Source: a candidate division WWE3 bacterium
GTDB lineage: Bacteria; Patescibacteriota; WWE3; UBA101185; UBA10185
Assembly: GCA_003599255.1 (NCBI GenBank)
Contig: QZJF01000016.1
Location: 863 to 64,862, forward strand
DNA length: 64,000 nucleotides
Reading direction: 5' to 3'
Each line of letters opens with the position of its first letter. Position 1 is the first letter of the stretch. The notes below the pieces were generated by a model. The model was not told the DNA's origin, ran no database searches, and saw only the letters and a program-made list of their open reading frames with translations. This document shows, piece after piece, positions 18,849-28,133 of this stretch. The translations under genes were made by a program, and so were the position numbers.

Positions 18849-18878
18849 TGCAATTTCCGGAAATGTTAAAATGGAATT

Positions 18879-19250
18879 ATGCAATATCAAATAACTTCAG
18901 ATAACATACAGCAAATTTCTCCCAGTATGGATGCTTTAGCAAAAGATAAGCTCCAAAAGTTATCGGGCAAACTACAACACGTAAATGAGGATCTCAAATC
19001 ATTCCGTGTGGTTATGAATACTATTCCTGACAATCAGTTTGAAGTTAAGATAAACGCAACTATCCACGGAAAAACATACTTTGTACATGAAAAGGGTTAT
19101 ACGTTGGAACAATCCATGGTAGCCGCGGTAGATTTACTTGCAAGAATGCTTCAAAAGGATAAAATGGTGTCTACGTCTGAGGAGTGGCAGGAGATACGTG
19201 ATGCAAAACGCGACGAACTAAGTGAAGAAGAACTCAACGAATTGATATAA
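18879..19250 (+). CDS. hpf: ribosome hibernation promoting factor / RaiA (S30AE family)
   Basis: 123 aa with the typical N-terminal pattern (MQYQITSDNIQQISPSMDALAKDKLQKL...). Confidence 0.7.
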   Translation: MQYQITSDNIQQISPSMDALAKDKLQKLSGKLQHVNEDLKSFRVVMNTIPDNQFEVKINATIHGKTYFVHEKGYTLEQSMVAAVDLLARMLQKDKMVSTSEEWQEIRDAKRDELSEEELNELI

Positions 19251-19271
19251 AATAAGTATGTTTCCGGGCGG

Positions 19272-19347
19272 GGGCGATTAGCTCAATTGGCAGAGCGCTC
19301 GTCTTATACACGAGTGGTTCCTGGTTCGATCCCAGGATCGCCCACCA
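19272..19347 (+). tRNA. tRNA-Ile with UAU anticodon (reads AUA), CCA encoded
   Basis: Cloverleaf with standard numbering: acceptor GGGCGAT/ATCGCCC identical to tRNA-Ile(GAU) at 56613-56689. Anticodon loop CTTATAC gives anticodon TAT. Confidence 0.75.
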
Positions 19348-19935
19348 TTAAAAGATTATGTCTGTGTTTGGAAGCCTTGTTCTCAACTCACTAACCATAT
19401 TTCCATCTAATGGATTTCCCTTAATGTTTAATTCATCCAGATGCGTAAGATTGTAAATCTCATTTGGAAGAGCAGTAATCTGATTGCCCGAGAAATCAAT
19501 CTTCTCGATTTTAGGCAGCTGTCCCACCTCGGCGGGAATTCCCGTCAGCTCGTTGTCATGTACATCCAGGATTCTCAGGTCGGTAAACATTCTAATTTCT
19601 CCCGGTAATGCCCTCAGTCCGCTGTCTACGATGTTCAACTCCCGAAGGTTTTTAAGCTTTCCGATTTCGGATGGAAGCGACTCGATGCTGTTCCCTGACA
19701 GGTCAAGTTTGGTTAAACCTGTGTCATTCAATATTTCCTTCGGAAAACTATTCAATCCCTTGTTTCTGTAATCTCCTGACCCTCCGGACTCAGTGACTTT
19801 TTCCACAACCTTATCTACTGTATCTACTGTGGCGATATTGGTTAATGTGTCTTCATATTTAATTTTTTGGTAGAAATATACTGAGAAACCTACTATCGCA
19901 CCTATTAAAATGTATGGAAGCAGGTTTTTGTTCAT
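19348..19935 (-). CDS. leucine-rich repeat (LRR) protein with N-terminal membrane anchor
   Basis: Repeats LxxLxLxxNxL (LTKLDLSGNSIESLP, LRELNIVDSGLRALP, LRILDVHDNELTGIP, IEKIDFSGNQITALP, LDELNIKGNPL). N-terminal hydrophobic segment. Confidence 0.7.
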   Translation of the reverse strand: MNKNLLPYILIGAIVGFSVYFYQKIKYEDTLTNIATVDTVDKVVEKVTESGGSGDYRNKGLNSFPKEILNDTGLTKLDLSGNSIESLPSEIGKLKNLRELNIVDSGLRALPGEIRMFTDLRILDVHDNELTGIPAEVGQLPKIEKIDFSGNQITALPNEIYNLTHLDELNIKGNPLDGNMVSELRTRLPNTDIIF

Positions 19936-19978
19936 AGGGTATTATACCCTGTATGTAGAGATGTTGCTTGGACTGACA

Positions 19979-21049
19979 TTATTCCTGTTCTTTGGAAAGG
20001 GTGTCTATAGTTATTATTTCGGTATCGGGATGAGCTGCCCTAATGCTCTGCAGTTCTCCGTTAGCTAAATCAAGTAATCTCTGCGCTCTTCTTATAGTCG
20101 CCAGATTAGCGGGGTTGTTAGAATTTAGCAAAGTGAGTTGTTTTAGTCTGTTCAGTAACTTTGGATTACTTAAAAGTCTGTCAAGATCCGTATAACTAAC
20201 TTCATTTAGAGAGAAGAGTTCGCTTGGCTTTAGACCTTCCTGAGTTTCCTGTGCTTTTGCTTCAAAGATATCAACTTCATCACTTATCTCATTGGTTTCG
20301 TTAACACTATCCAGGTCTTGAATCATAAGTTCAGCGTTTTCCTCGATACGCTCACTTTTTAGTGCCGGTGCCGCCTCTACAACCGCTGCCTGCGGAATCC
20401 CTACCTCGACCGGCATTGTTGAATTCAGGGAACCTACCGTTCCCGGTGAAAGCTTTTTGTTTCCTCTTCTGAGATATTGCTCAATTTCATCGTCTGACAG
20501 AAACTGTTCCAGCCGTGCCCGCATTGTTGCAGGTGTTTCACCGTTTGGGGTTAAATTCATGGGTATATTCACAATAGCTCGTGTAACCGGGTTTTCATCC
20601 GCTCCCGTTCCTGATTTTGATTCCGGGATCATAGAAATTTCCTGCGACATTCTGTCCTCAAATGTTATTTGCGCTCCGAGAAAATTTTCTTCAATTGAGG
20701 CAGGATCTGCTGCGGAAAGGTTCTCATTTAAAGAACCAATTTGGTTTAAGAGCATGGCGGCGTGTTTTCTTACATTTGGATCATGGGAATTGTTTGCCAG
20801 GTCTTCCAGTGAAACCACCAGAATTTCCTTTCGCATTACTTGTTGATTTGCTTCCACGGGATTTGCATTAGATGTTTCGACTTTGAACGACCCTTCGTTT
20901 TTGAGAGATTTCCGCGCCCTGTCTGCCAGGTCGTGAATTTCTTCGGTTGTCAATTCGTCATTCTTTTCCGGGGTAATGGACTCAGGTTTTTCCTCTGTGC
21001 CGGTTTCTTGTAATTCCTGATCCTCAATGTTCAGTTTCTCATCATTCAT
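19979..21049 (-). CDS. hypothetical acidic protein
   Basis: 356 aa, very acidic. No catalytic motifs found. Confidence 0.4.
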   Translation of the reverse strand: MNDEKLNIEDQELQETGTEEKPESITPEKNDELTTEEIHDLADRARKSLKNEGSFKVETSNANPVEANQQVMRKEILVVSLEDLANNSHDPNVRKHAAMLLNQIGSLNENLSAADPASIEENFLGAQITFEDRMSQEISMIPESKSGTGADENPVTRAIVNIPMNLTPNGETPATMRARLEQFLSDDEIEQYLRRGNKKLSPGTVGSLNSTMPVEVGIPQAAVVEAAPALKSERIEENAELMIQDLDSVNETNEISDEVDIFEAKAQETQEGLKPSELFSLNEVSYTDLDRLLSNPKLLNRLKQLTLLNSNNPANLATIRRAQRLLDLANGELQSIRAAHPDTEIITIDTLSKEQE

Positions 21050-21115
21050 ACAGTAATAAGTATAAGGGCCGTTTTAAGGCCCTGTCCACTTATCAAATAT
21101 GTTTAAAGGGAATAA

Positions 21116-21991
21116 TTAAAGAATTCCTAGGTCTGTCTTTTCTTCTTCGGTGTCACGCTCGATATACTGCAGATATCTTTCTGTGGTGGATATTCTTTTG
21201 TGTCCGGCTATTTTTGATATATGAATTATGCTCACACCGGTTGCCAGGTGATGCGCCACAAAAGTATGTCTAAGATCATTTACTTTTGCATTTTCTACCC
21301 CGGCAAGTTTGAAATACCTATTAATCGTTGAACGGATATTTCTCACAAGCAGCGGTTTGCCTGTTTTTGTAATGAATAAGTGTTTAGCGTTTTCTAATTT
21401 TGGTCTGTCCTCGTTTATGTACTCTTTGATAGCTTCAACAACAGCCTTGTTTAGAGGAACAGTTCTCGCGTCTTTGTTATTTTTCTTGGGTACAAACAAA
21501 GATCCGGACTCTTCGTCCAGACTTATGTCTTCCATCCGGATTTCAGCAAGCTCGGAAATAGTAATTCCCGTCTGCAATAAGACCTCTATCATAGCGTAAC
21601 TTCTTAAATCATCTTTTGCAGCATCTCTAAGTGCCCGATACTCAAGTTTAGAGAGTATTCTGGGGGCCTTGATGTCCACTTTTGGATGTTTAAGTAAATC
21701 GGCAATATTATCTTTAATATGGCCTTCTTTGTGAAGAAACTTAAAGAAAGTCTTTGTGGCATTTGTTTTTCTGGAAATTGATTTAGGGGTGTATTCTTCT
21801 TCGGAGAGTTTAGACATAAAGCCCTCCAAATGAACCAATTCAACTTCAGTTACAATATTTACACCTGATTTTGAAAGGTGTTCCATTAACTGTTCAATAT
21901 CTTTACTGTAGGCTATAAGGGTAGAACTTGACTTTCCCTCACTCTCAAGGGCCTCAATAAACTTTTTATGAGCTAAATCTAATTTAATCAT
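21116..21991 (-). CDS. tyrosine site-specific recombinase (XerC/XerD/integrase family)
   Basis: C-terminal catalytic region HDLRHTFVAHHL ... GHKRISTTERYL (R..HxxR..Y). 291 aa, XerD-like size. Confidence 0.8.
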   Translation of the reverse strand: MIKLDLAHKKFIEALESEGKSSSTLIAYSKDIEQLMEHLSKSGVNIVTEVELVHLEGFMSKLSEEEYTPKSISRKTNATKTFFKFLHKEGHIKDNIADLLKHPKVDIKAPRILSKLEYRALRDAAKDDLRSYAMIEVLLQTGITISELAEIRMEDISLDEESGSLFVPKKNNKDARTVPLNKAVVEAIKEYINEDRPKLENAKHLFITKTGKPLLVRNIRSTINRYFKLAGVENAKVNDLRHTFVAHHLATGVSIIHISKIAGHKRISTTERYLQYIERDTEEEKTDLGIL

Positions 21992-22114
21992 AATCCTTTT
22001 TTTCGGCAGTTATACGGTATTACTTTATAATAATACTAAACTTGGTACCTAATTCTATAGGTCATTTTAGCACCGAGGTTGAACCATGTCAATTATTTCA
22101 CTACAATCTATTTA

Positions 22115-22522
22115 ATGTACGGTGTTGCCTCAATAAAATATATAGCCCTATCCGTGCTTTTAGTGATTGCCTCAGTTAATTTTACTAAAACTACTCTTGA
22201 AATCATAAAAAGCAGTCAGAGGCTTGACGATCTTAGGGACGAGGTTTCCTTGATGGAACAGGAAAAAAACGATCTTGAGGGTTCTGTTGAGTTCAAAAAA
22301 AGCGACGAGTATGTTGAAGAAAAGGCAAGAAACGACCTGAACCTGGCTAAGCCGGGGGAAAAACTGTTTGTTGTGAAGGACAAGGGGGAACCACAGAAAG
22401 CACGGGACACGGATGAGCCCGAGGATTCATCAGTTTTATCCGCATTTGATAAATTGGAAAAGCAATCTGACTCAGACAAAAAGGAAAATAATCTTTATCT
22501 CTGGTATAGGCTATTTTTTTGA
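22115..22522 (+). CDS. ftsB: septum formation initiator FtsB/DivIC-like protein
   Basis: TM helix then coiled coil and hallmark ARNDLNLAKPGEKLFVV. ORF track start is TTG 22079; the first ATG is at 22115. Confidence 0.55.
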   Translation: MYGVASIKYIALSVLLVIASVNFTKTTLEIIKSSQRLDDLRDEVSLMEQEKNDLEGSVEFKKSDEYVEEKARNDLNLAKPGEKLFVVKDKGEPQKARDTDEPEDSSVLSAFDKLEKQSDSDKKENNLYLWYRLFF

Positions 22523-22580
22523 CAATTACGCGATGTTTTGCTAATTTAAGTAGTGCTTCGGCGTCGTCATGCAAATTCGA

Positions 22581-22654
22581 CGCGGGGTGGAGGAATGGCA
22601 CCTCGTCAGGCTCATAATCTGAAGGTCCCGGTTCGAATCCGGGCCCCGCAACCA
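22581..22654 (+). tRNA. initiator tRNA-fMet (anticodon CAU), CCA encoded
   Basis: CGCGGGG...CCCCGCAACCA with C1·A72 mismatch, as in E. coli tRNA-fMet. Anticodon loop CTCATAA. Confidence 0.8.
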
Positions 22655-22756
22655 AAAAATCTTAATCTTCGTATTTACCACAAAAAAGGTCTAATAGAGA
22701 TAGACATAGTATAATAACTTGGTTAGTATTACGTAAAAAGTTGGTTATTTGAGCCT

Positions 22757-22832
22757 GCCAACGTAGCTCAGTGGTTAGAGCGGGCGTTTCATAAGCGCTA
22801 GGTCGGTGGTTCAATTCCACCCGTTGGCACCA
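22757..22832 (+). tRNA. tRNA with CAU anticodon: elongator tRNA-Met or tRNA-Ile2 (lysidine)
   Basis: Acceptor GCCAACG/CGTTGGC. Anticodon stem GGCGT/GCGCT and D-loop AGTGGTTA resemble E. coli tRNA-Ile2 more than tRNA-Met. CCA encoded. Confidence 0.75.
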
Positions 22833-22838
22833 AGATAT

Positions 22839-23846
22839 ATGTTTAAAAAGAAAAGAATTTTAACCGGAGACAACCCTACTGGAAGGCTTCATTTAGGTCA
22901 TTATGTAGGCTCCCTTGAAAACAGAGTGCGGCTACAAAATGATTATGAGACCTTTATTTTGGTTGCCGATATGCACGCGTATGCCTATCCAAAATATGTA
23001 GGAGAGCCTGATATTGTTTCAAAGTCCGTAATTGATGTAACGGTGGACAACCTTGCAGTGGGACTTGACCCAGAAAAGTCCACAATATTTGTGGAGTCAG
23101 CGATACCGGAAATATATGAGTTGGGTATCATTTTCAGCATGCTGACCTCTCACGCCAGAGTTTTAAGGAACCCTACTCTCAAGGAAGAGATTAAAGTAAA
23201 AGAAATGGGAGACAATTACTCTCTTGGTTTTGTTAATTTCCCGCTTTTGCAGGTAGCTGACATACTGTGTGTGAGGGCAGATCTGGTTCCGGTAGGAGAA
23301 GATCAGCTTCCTCATCTGGAGCTTACGAATGAAGTTGTGAGGAAATTTAACGGAACATATGGTCTGACTTTTGAGGAAATTGAGCCGATGATAGGAAGGG
23401 TCAAAAGATTGGTGGGGCTGGACGGCAATGCCAAAATGACCAAGTCCCTTGGCAATACTATTTATCTTAGTGAGGATAGAGAAAGCCTAAAGAAAAAAGT
23501 CATGTCTATGTATACGGATCCTAACAGGCTCAGAGCCAGCGATCCGGGAAAGGTGGACGGAAATCCGGTATTCATTTATCACGATGCTTTTAACCAAAAT
23601 GAGGAGGAAGTGAAAGAACTTAAAGACAGGTATGTTAAGGGGAAAGTAGGTGACGTTGAGGTTAAAGAAAAACTATTTGTCGCTCTTGATGAGTTCCTCA
23701 CTCCGATCAGGGAGAGACACTCCTATTACGAGGGCCATAGAGATGAAGTCAGGGACATTTTAAGATCTGGTACAGATAAAACAAGGAATATTGTTCAGGG
23801 CACTCTTGATGATGTGAAGTCTAAAATGATGCTTTTTGGTATATAA
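22839..23846 (+). CDS. trpS: tryptophanyl-tRNA synthetase
   Basis: Class I motifs HLGHY (HIGH) and KMTKS (KMSKS), ~335 aa. ORF track start 22806 overlaps the tRNA; ATG 22839 used. Confidence 0.8.
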   Translation: MFKKKRILTGDNPTGRLHLGHYVGSLENRVRLQNDYETFILVADMHAYAYPKYVGEPDIVSKSVIDVTVDNLAVGLDPEKSTIFVESAIPEIYELGIIFSMLTSHARVLRNPTLKEEIKVKEMGDNYSLGFVNFPLLQVADILCVRADLVPVGEDQLPHLELTNEVVRKFNGTYGLTFEEIEPMIGRVKRLVGLDGNAKMTKSLGNTIYLSEDRESLKKKVMSMYTDPNRLRASDPGKVDGNPVFIYHDAFNQNEEEVKELKDRYVKGKVGDVEVKEKLFVALDEFLTPIRERHSYYEGHRDEVRDILRSGTDKTRNIVQGTLDDVKSKMMLFGI

Positions 23847-23870
23847 TGTATAATCTCCGAGGTATAGAAT

Positions 23871-25727
23871 ATGGCAAATAAAAAAAGTAACAACAGAAAC
23901 CAAAGAAAACCGGGTATGAAATCAAAAAGACAGCTAGGAATTTTTAACAATGTATTTTTTTACATCTTTCTTGTTTTTACGCTTTACATGCTTCTGGTTT
24001 CTTTTTCCCAATTTTCCGCAAGTTCAAAAGAAGTCCCGATAAGTGAAGTGATCACAAATATCAGAGAGGAAAAAGTTCAGGATATTGTTGTTTCGGATAA
24101 TGACATTGAGGTTTTGCTCAAAGATGGCACAAAAATTGTTGCCAAAAAAGAGAGCGCTATAAGTTTTGATGAAGTTTTGAAAAATAACAATCTCGATGCG
24201 TCCAAAATTGCCGGTGAGTTACGAGTTGAACATAGGTTATCCTTTGAACAGATACTGACACCCCTTATCATGTTCGGTTTTCCCATTTTGATTTTATTTT
24301 TGATTTTTAGGCAGATGAAGACTTCCAGCGGTGATATATTTTCATTTGGCAGGTCCCGCGCACGTGTCTTTTCTCACGGGCAATCTCGCATAACATTTAA
24401 TGATGTTGCGGGTATTGAAGAGGCTAAGAGAGAAATGATGGAGATTGTGGATTTTCTTAAGTACCCTCAAAAATACAGAAAATTGGGCGCACGAATACCA
24501 AAAGGTGTGTTGCTGGTAGGACCTTCGGGTGTGGGTAAGACACTTCTTGCCAAAGCAATTGCCGGAGAGGCAAATGTACCTTTTTTCAGTGCCGCCGGAA
24601 GTGAGTTTATGGAAATGCTGGTGGGTGTGGGTTCATCTCGTGTTAGAGATTTGTTCAGAATGGCAAGAGAAAGCCAACCCAGCTTGATATTTATTGATGA
24701 GGTCGATGCCATAGGCAGACAGCGGGGAATGGGTATAGGTGGAGGTCACGATGAACGTGAGCAGACTTTAAACCAGATTCTTATAGAGATGGACGGTTTT
24801 GATACCAGAACCGATGTTATTGTCTTGGCCGCAACAAACAGACCCGATATGCTTGATCCTGCATTAATTAGACCCGGCAGATTTGACAGAAAAATTACAA
24901 TTCCCCTTCCGGATATTAAGGAGAGAGAGGAAATCATAAAAATTCACATGAGAGGAAAGCCATTTACCGATGACTTGAAACTGGAACGCATTGCCAAAAA
25001 GACGGTGGGATTCAGCGGAGCGGATATAGAAAATATGCTTAATGAGGCTGCGATATTAGCTGCACGGGCAGGAAAAGAGTTTATCTCCCAGACAGATGTT
25101 GATGAAGCAGCGTTGAAAGTAACTTTGGGCTCAGAGAGGAAAACGCTTCAGAGCGAGGAAGAACGCAAGATGACTGCATATCATGAAGCCGGACATGCCC
25201 TTGTATCCGCTTATGTAAAAGACATGGACCCTGTCTTTAGAGTCTCGATAGTTGCAAGGGGCGGGTCGCTTGGACATACAAGTTTTCCACCCGAACGTGA
25301 CAGATACAATGAAACAAAAACAAGGCTTATGTCTGTTATTTCAACCATGCTTGGAGGAAGAAGTGCGGAAGAAATTGTATTTGGAGAACTTACTGTAGGT
25401 GCCGCTGATGACATTGATAAGGCAACAAAGATAGCCCGAAGGATGGTAACCGAATTTGGAATGAGCTCTTTAGGTCCGATTTCTTTCAATGGTAAAGAAG
25501 CAAATCCGTGGGTAGCACGTGAAATAGGCGAAGCCCATTCTATTAGTGACGATGTAGCTTCGAAGATTGACACGGAAGTGGAAAAGATAATTAACGAGTG
25601 CCACAGCCAAGCCTTGGAAATCCTTAGAGTAAATAGAGATAAGCTGGACAAGATTTCAAGTCTTTTGCTTGAAAAAGAAACAATCTACGAAGACGAATTC
25701 AAAAGCATAATAAATCCCCAGGAGTGA
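23871..25727 (+). CDS. ftsH: ATP-dependent zinc metalloprotease FtsH
   Basis: N-terminal TM, AAA module (GPSGVGKT, DEVDA, SRH region), HEAGH zinc motif. Confidence 0.9.
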   Translation: MANKKSNNRNQRKPGMKSKRQLGIFNNVFFYIFLVFTLYMLLVSFSQFSASSKEVPISEVITNIREEKVQDIVVSDNDIEVLLKDGTKIVAKKESAISFDEVLKNNNLDASKIAGELRVEHRLSFEQILTPLIMFGFPILILFLIFRQMKTSSGDIFSFGRSRARVFSHGQSRITFNDVAGIEEAKREMMEIVDFLKYPQKYRKLGARIPKGVLLVGPSGVGKTLLAKAIAGEANVPFFSAAGSEFMEMLVGVGSSRVRDLFRMARESQPSLIFIDEVDAIGRQRGMGIGGGHDEREQTLNQILIEMDGFDTRTDVIVLAATNRPDMLDPALIRPGRFDRKITIPLPDIKEREEIIKIHMRGKPFTDDLKLERIAKKTVGFSGADIENMLNEAAILAARAGKEFISQTDVDEAALKVTLGSERKTLQSEEERKMTAYHEAGHALVSAYVKDMDPVFRVSIVARGGSLGHTSFPPERDRYNETKTRLMSVISTMLGGRSAEEIVFGELTVGAADDIDKATKIARRMVTEFGMSSLGPISFNGKEANPWVAREIGEAHSISDDVASKIDTEVEKIINECHSQALEILRVNRDKLDKISSLLLEKETIYEDEFKSIINPQE

Positions 25728-25728
25728 A

Positions 25729-26535
25729 GTGGCCAGGAGTATTCTGCAATCCAATCCAAAATCACAAATTCTAGAACACGGTTATATTAATATTTATTCC
25801 GAATTAAATAGCAAGGAAAAACGTCAGATAAATTACAAGTTATTGTATAAATCTAAGCATCCCGGGTGGGACGAAACACAGGTATTTCTTTCCGGGAAAT
25901 TTAATGAACTTGTGATCAAAGATGCCATAGTTTTGGATGCCGGCTGTGGAAACGGAAATTACGTAATCGATGAGAACAGAAAAAATATAGCTTGGGCTGT
26001 CGGAATAGACACAGATTCCGAGTTCTTTTCAAAAAATATATGTCTTGATGAGGTTATCGTAGGTAATTTGGAGAACTTGCCCTTCGATAATAATTCTTTC
26101 GATGCGGTAGTAAGTCTCTGGGTTTTGGAGCATCTGGATAATCCGAAGAAAGTTTTTTCTGAGATTCATCGTATTCTAAAGCCGGGAGGAATATTTTTAT
26201 TCGCAACTCCGTACAAATATTATTTTCCTTTAGTTTTTGTAGAAATTATTAATTCGCTCAGGCTTAACAGTATTGTTAATAAGTTTTTGTTCGGTAGAGA
26301 TAAGAAAGATATTTTTAAAACCTTTTACAAAGCAAATACATTAAAGGACGTAAGAAGTTTATCCCGGGATACTTTCGACGAATTAGAGTTAAAACTCAAT
26401 CAAGATCCTTCATACACTTCTTTTAATGGGGTTACTTTTATATTGACCGATTTATTATTAAATCTATTTTCCAGAATGAACATTACATTAGGGAAGCCCC
26501 ACATTATCGGGATACTAAAAAAGAAGTACACATGA
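25729..26535 (+). CDS. class I SAM-dependent methyltransferase
   Basis: VLDAGCGNGNY glycine-rich SAM motif. GTG start immediately after the ftsH stop. Confidence 0.6.
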   Translation: MARSILQSNPKSQILEHGYINIYSELNSKEKRQINYKLLYKSKHPGWDETQVFLSGKFNELVIKDAIVLDAGCGNGNYVIDENRKNIAWAVGIDTDSEFFSKNICLDEVIVGNLENLPFDNNSFDAVVSLWVLEHLDNPKKVFSEIHRILKPGGIFLFATPYKYYFPLVFVEIINSLRLNSIVNKFLFGRDKKDIFKTFYKANTLKDVRSLSRDTFDELELKLNQDPSYTSFNGVTFILTDLLLNLFSRMNITLGKPHIIGILKKKYT

Positions 26536-26549
26536 GTTAAACTAAATGT

Positions 26550-27473
26550 ATGAACAAATTTCTTTTATTGGACACTTTCAATTTTTTACATAGGGCATAT
26601 CATGCTTTGCCCAAGTCCTTCAGAGATTCCAACGGCGAGCCCACAAATGCCGTTTACGGGGTAACCTCAATGCTCATAAATGTACTGGATCAGATAAAAC
26701 CAGCATATGTAGTTGCGGCTATGGATAGTATCGAACCTACTTTCCGGTTAGAAGATTTTACTGGTTATAAGGCCCACAGAAAACCAATGGAGGAAGATTT
26801 ATCATCGCAGATCCCAAAGGTTATTGAGGTTCTTGACGCTTTTGGTATCACAAGGATTATGGCAAACGGTTATGAAGCCGATGATATTATCGCCACCATG
26901 GTTAAAAAATTCGAGCCCGAATCGGAAATAGTCATCGTTTCCAACGACAGGGACTTATGGCAACTTGCGGCTAGAAAGGTGTTGATCATGTTGCCGACCA
27001 CAAAAGGACCTGCCGAGTGGCTGGGTCCTTCCGAAGTAAACACAAGGCTGGGGTTTGAACCTTCTTTGATTGCTGATTACAAAGGTCTGCGCGGGGATAC
27101 CAGTGACAATATACCGGGTGTTTACGGCATAGGTGAAAAAACTGCTGCAGCACTAATACAGAATTTCGGATCCATTGAAAATATTTATGCAAATATTGAC
27201 AAAGTAACACCTGAATCAACAAGGCAAAAACTATTAAACAGTTATGATCAGGCAATGATGAGCAAAAAACTTGCCCAGCTTATTTACGATGTTCCCGTCA
27301 CGGTCAGGTTCGACGAACTCAAATACTCAACGTTTAATAAATTGAACGTGAAAAGAGTTCTTGAAAGATATAATTTTAAATCATTAATAAGAAGACTTGG
27401 GTTTGATGATGAGACAAATAATAAAAAGCAGAAGAAGGACGAAGTATCAAAAGATCAATTGTCCTTGTTATAG
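26550..27473 (+). CDS. 5'-3' exonuclease (FEN/Pol I N-terminal domain family)
   Basis: LLLDTFNFLHRAYHAL start and acidic clusters typical of 53EXO. 307 aa. Confidence 0.75.
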   Translation: MNKFLLLDTFNFLHRAYHALPKSFRDSNGEPTNAVYGVTSMLINVLDQIKPAYVVAAMDSIEPTFRLEDFTGYKAHRKPMEEDLSSQIPKVIEVLDAFGITRIMANGYEADDIIATMVKKFEPESEIVIVSNDRDLWQLAARKVLIMLPTTKGPAEWLGPSEVNTRLGFEPSLIADYKGLRGDTSDNIPGVYGIGEKTAAALIQNFGSIENIYANIDKVTPESTRQKLLNSYDQAMMSKKLAQLIYDVPVTVRFDELKYSTFNKLNVKRVLERYNFKSLIRRLGFDDETNNKKQKKDEVSKDQLSLL

Positions 27474-27488
27474 CTTCTTAGTTATATA

Positions 27489-28133
27489 ATGGTTACCATG
27501 ACTGAACAGGAAAGAATTTTAAAAATTGCACAGATTCTAAAAAATGAACACCCGAGTCCTAAGACTGAATTGACTCACAAAAATGAATACGAGCTGACAG
27601 TTGCAGTTATGTTGTCTGCTCAAACAACTGATAAGAAAGTTAACCAAATTACTCTCGAATTGTTTAAGAAATACAAATCGTGGGAAGATCTTGCTAACGC
27701 AGAACTTACACAACTTCAAGGGGACATTCACGGTGTGAACTTCCACCTTGGAAAAGCCGACAGACTTATCAAGGCCGGTAAGTTTTTGATGTCCGAATAT
27801 GGTGGAAAGTTACCAAGAAATTTGGATGAATTAATTCTGATACCGGGAGTTGCCAGAAAAAGTGCAAATGTAATTTTGCAGGAATTGTGGGATGTGGCGG
27901 AGGGTATTGTAGTAGATACGCATGTAACGCGGGTCTCTCAACGTCTTGGTATAACCAAAAACACCGACGCTGTAAAAATAGAAAAGGATCTGATGGCAAT
28001 TGTACCTAAAGAATACTGGAGAAACTTTTCAGGTGCAGTTGTATTGCATGGTCGTTATGTGTGTATTGCAAGGAAACCGAAATGCGAGGAATGCGTACTC
28101 AACAAGGTATGTCCGAGTGCCTTCAAATTTTAA
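27489..28133 (+). CDS. nth: endonuclease III (Nth), HhH-GPD with 4Fe-4S cluster
   Basis: HhH motif LILIPGVARKSANVIL, catalytic D, and C-x6-C-x2-C-x5-C at the C-terminus. Confidence 0.85.
   Translation: MVTMTEQERILKIAQILKNEHPSPKTELTHKNEYELTVAVMLSAQTTDKKVNQITLELFKKYKSWEDLANAELTQLQGDIHGVNFHLGKADRLIKAGKFLMSEYGGKLPRNLDELILIPGVARKSANVILQELWDVAEGIVVDTHVTRVSQRLGITKNTDAVKIEKDLMAIVPKEYWRNFSGAVVLHGRYVCIARKPKCEECVLNKVCPSAFKF

Noticed and set aside
22347-22655. Minus-strand ORF overlapping tRNA-fMet
   Set aside because: Overlaps a tRNA gene with a clean cloverleaf. No RBS.
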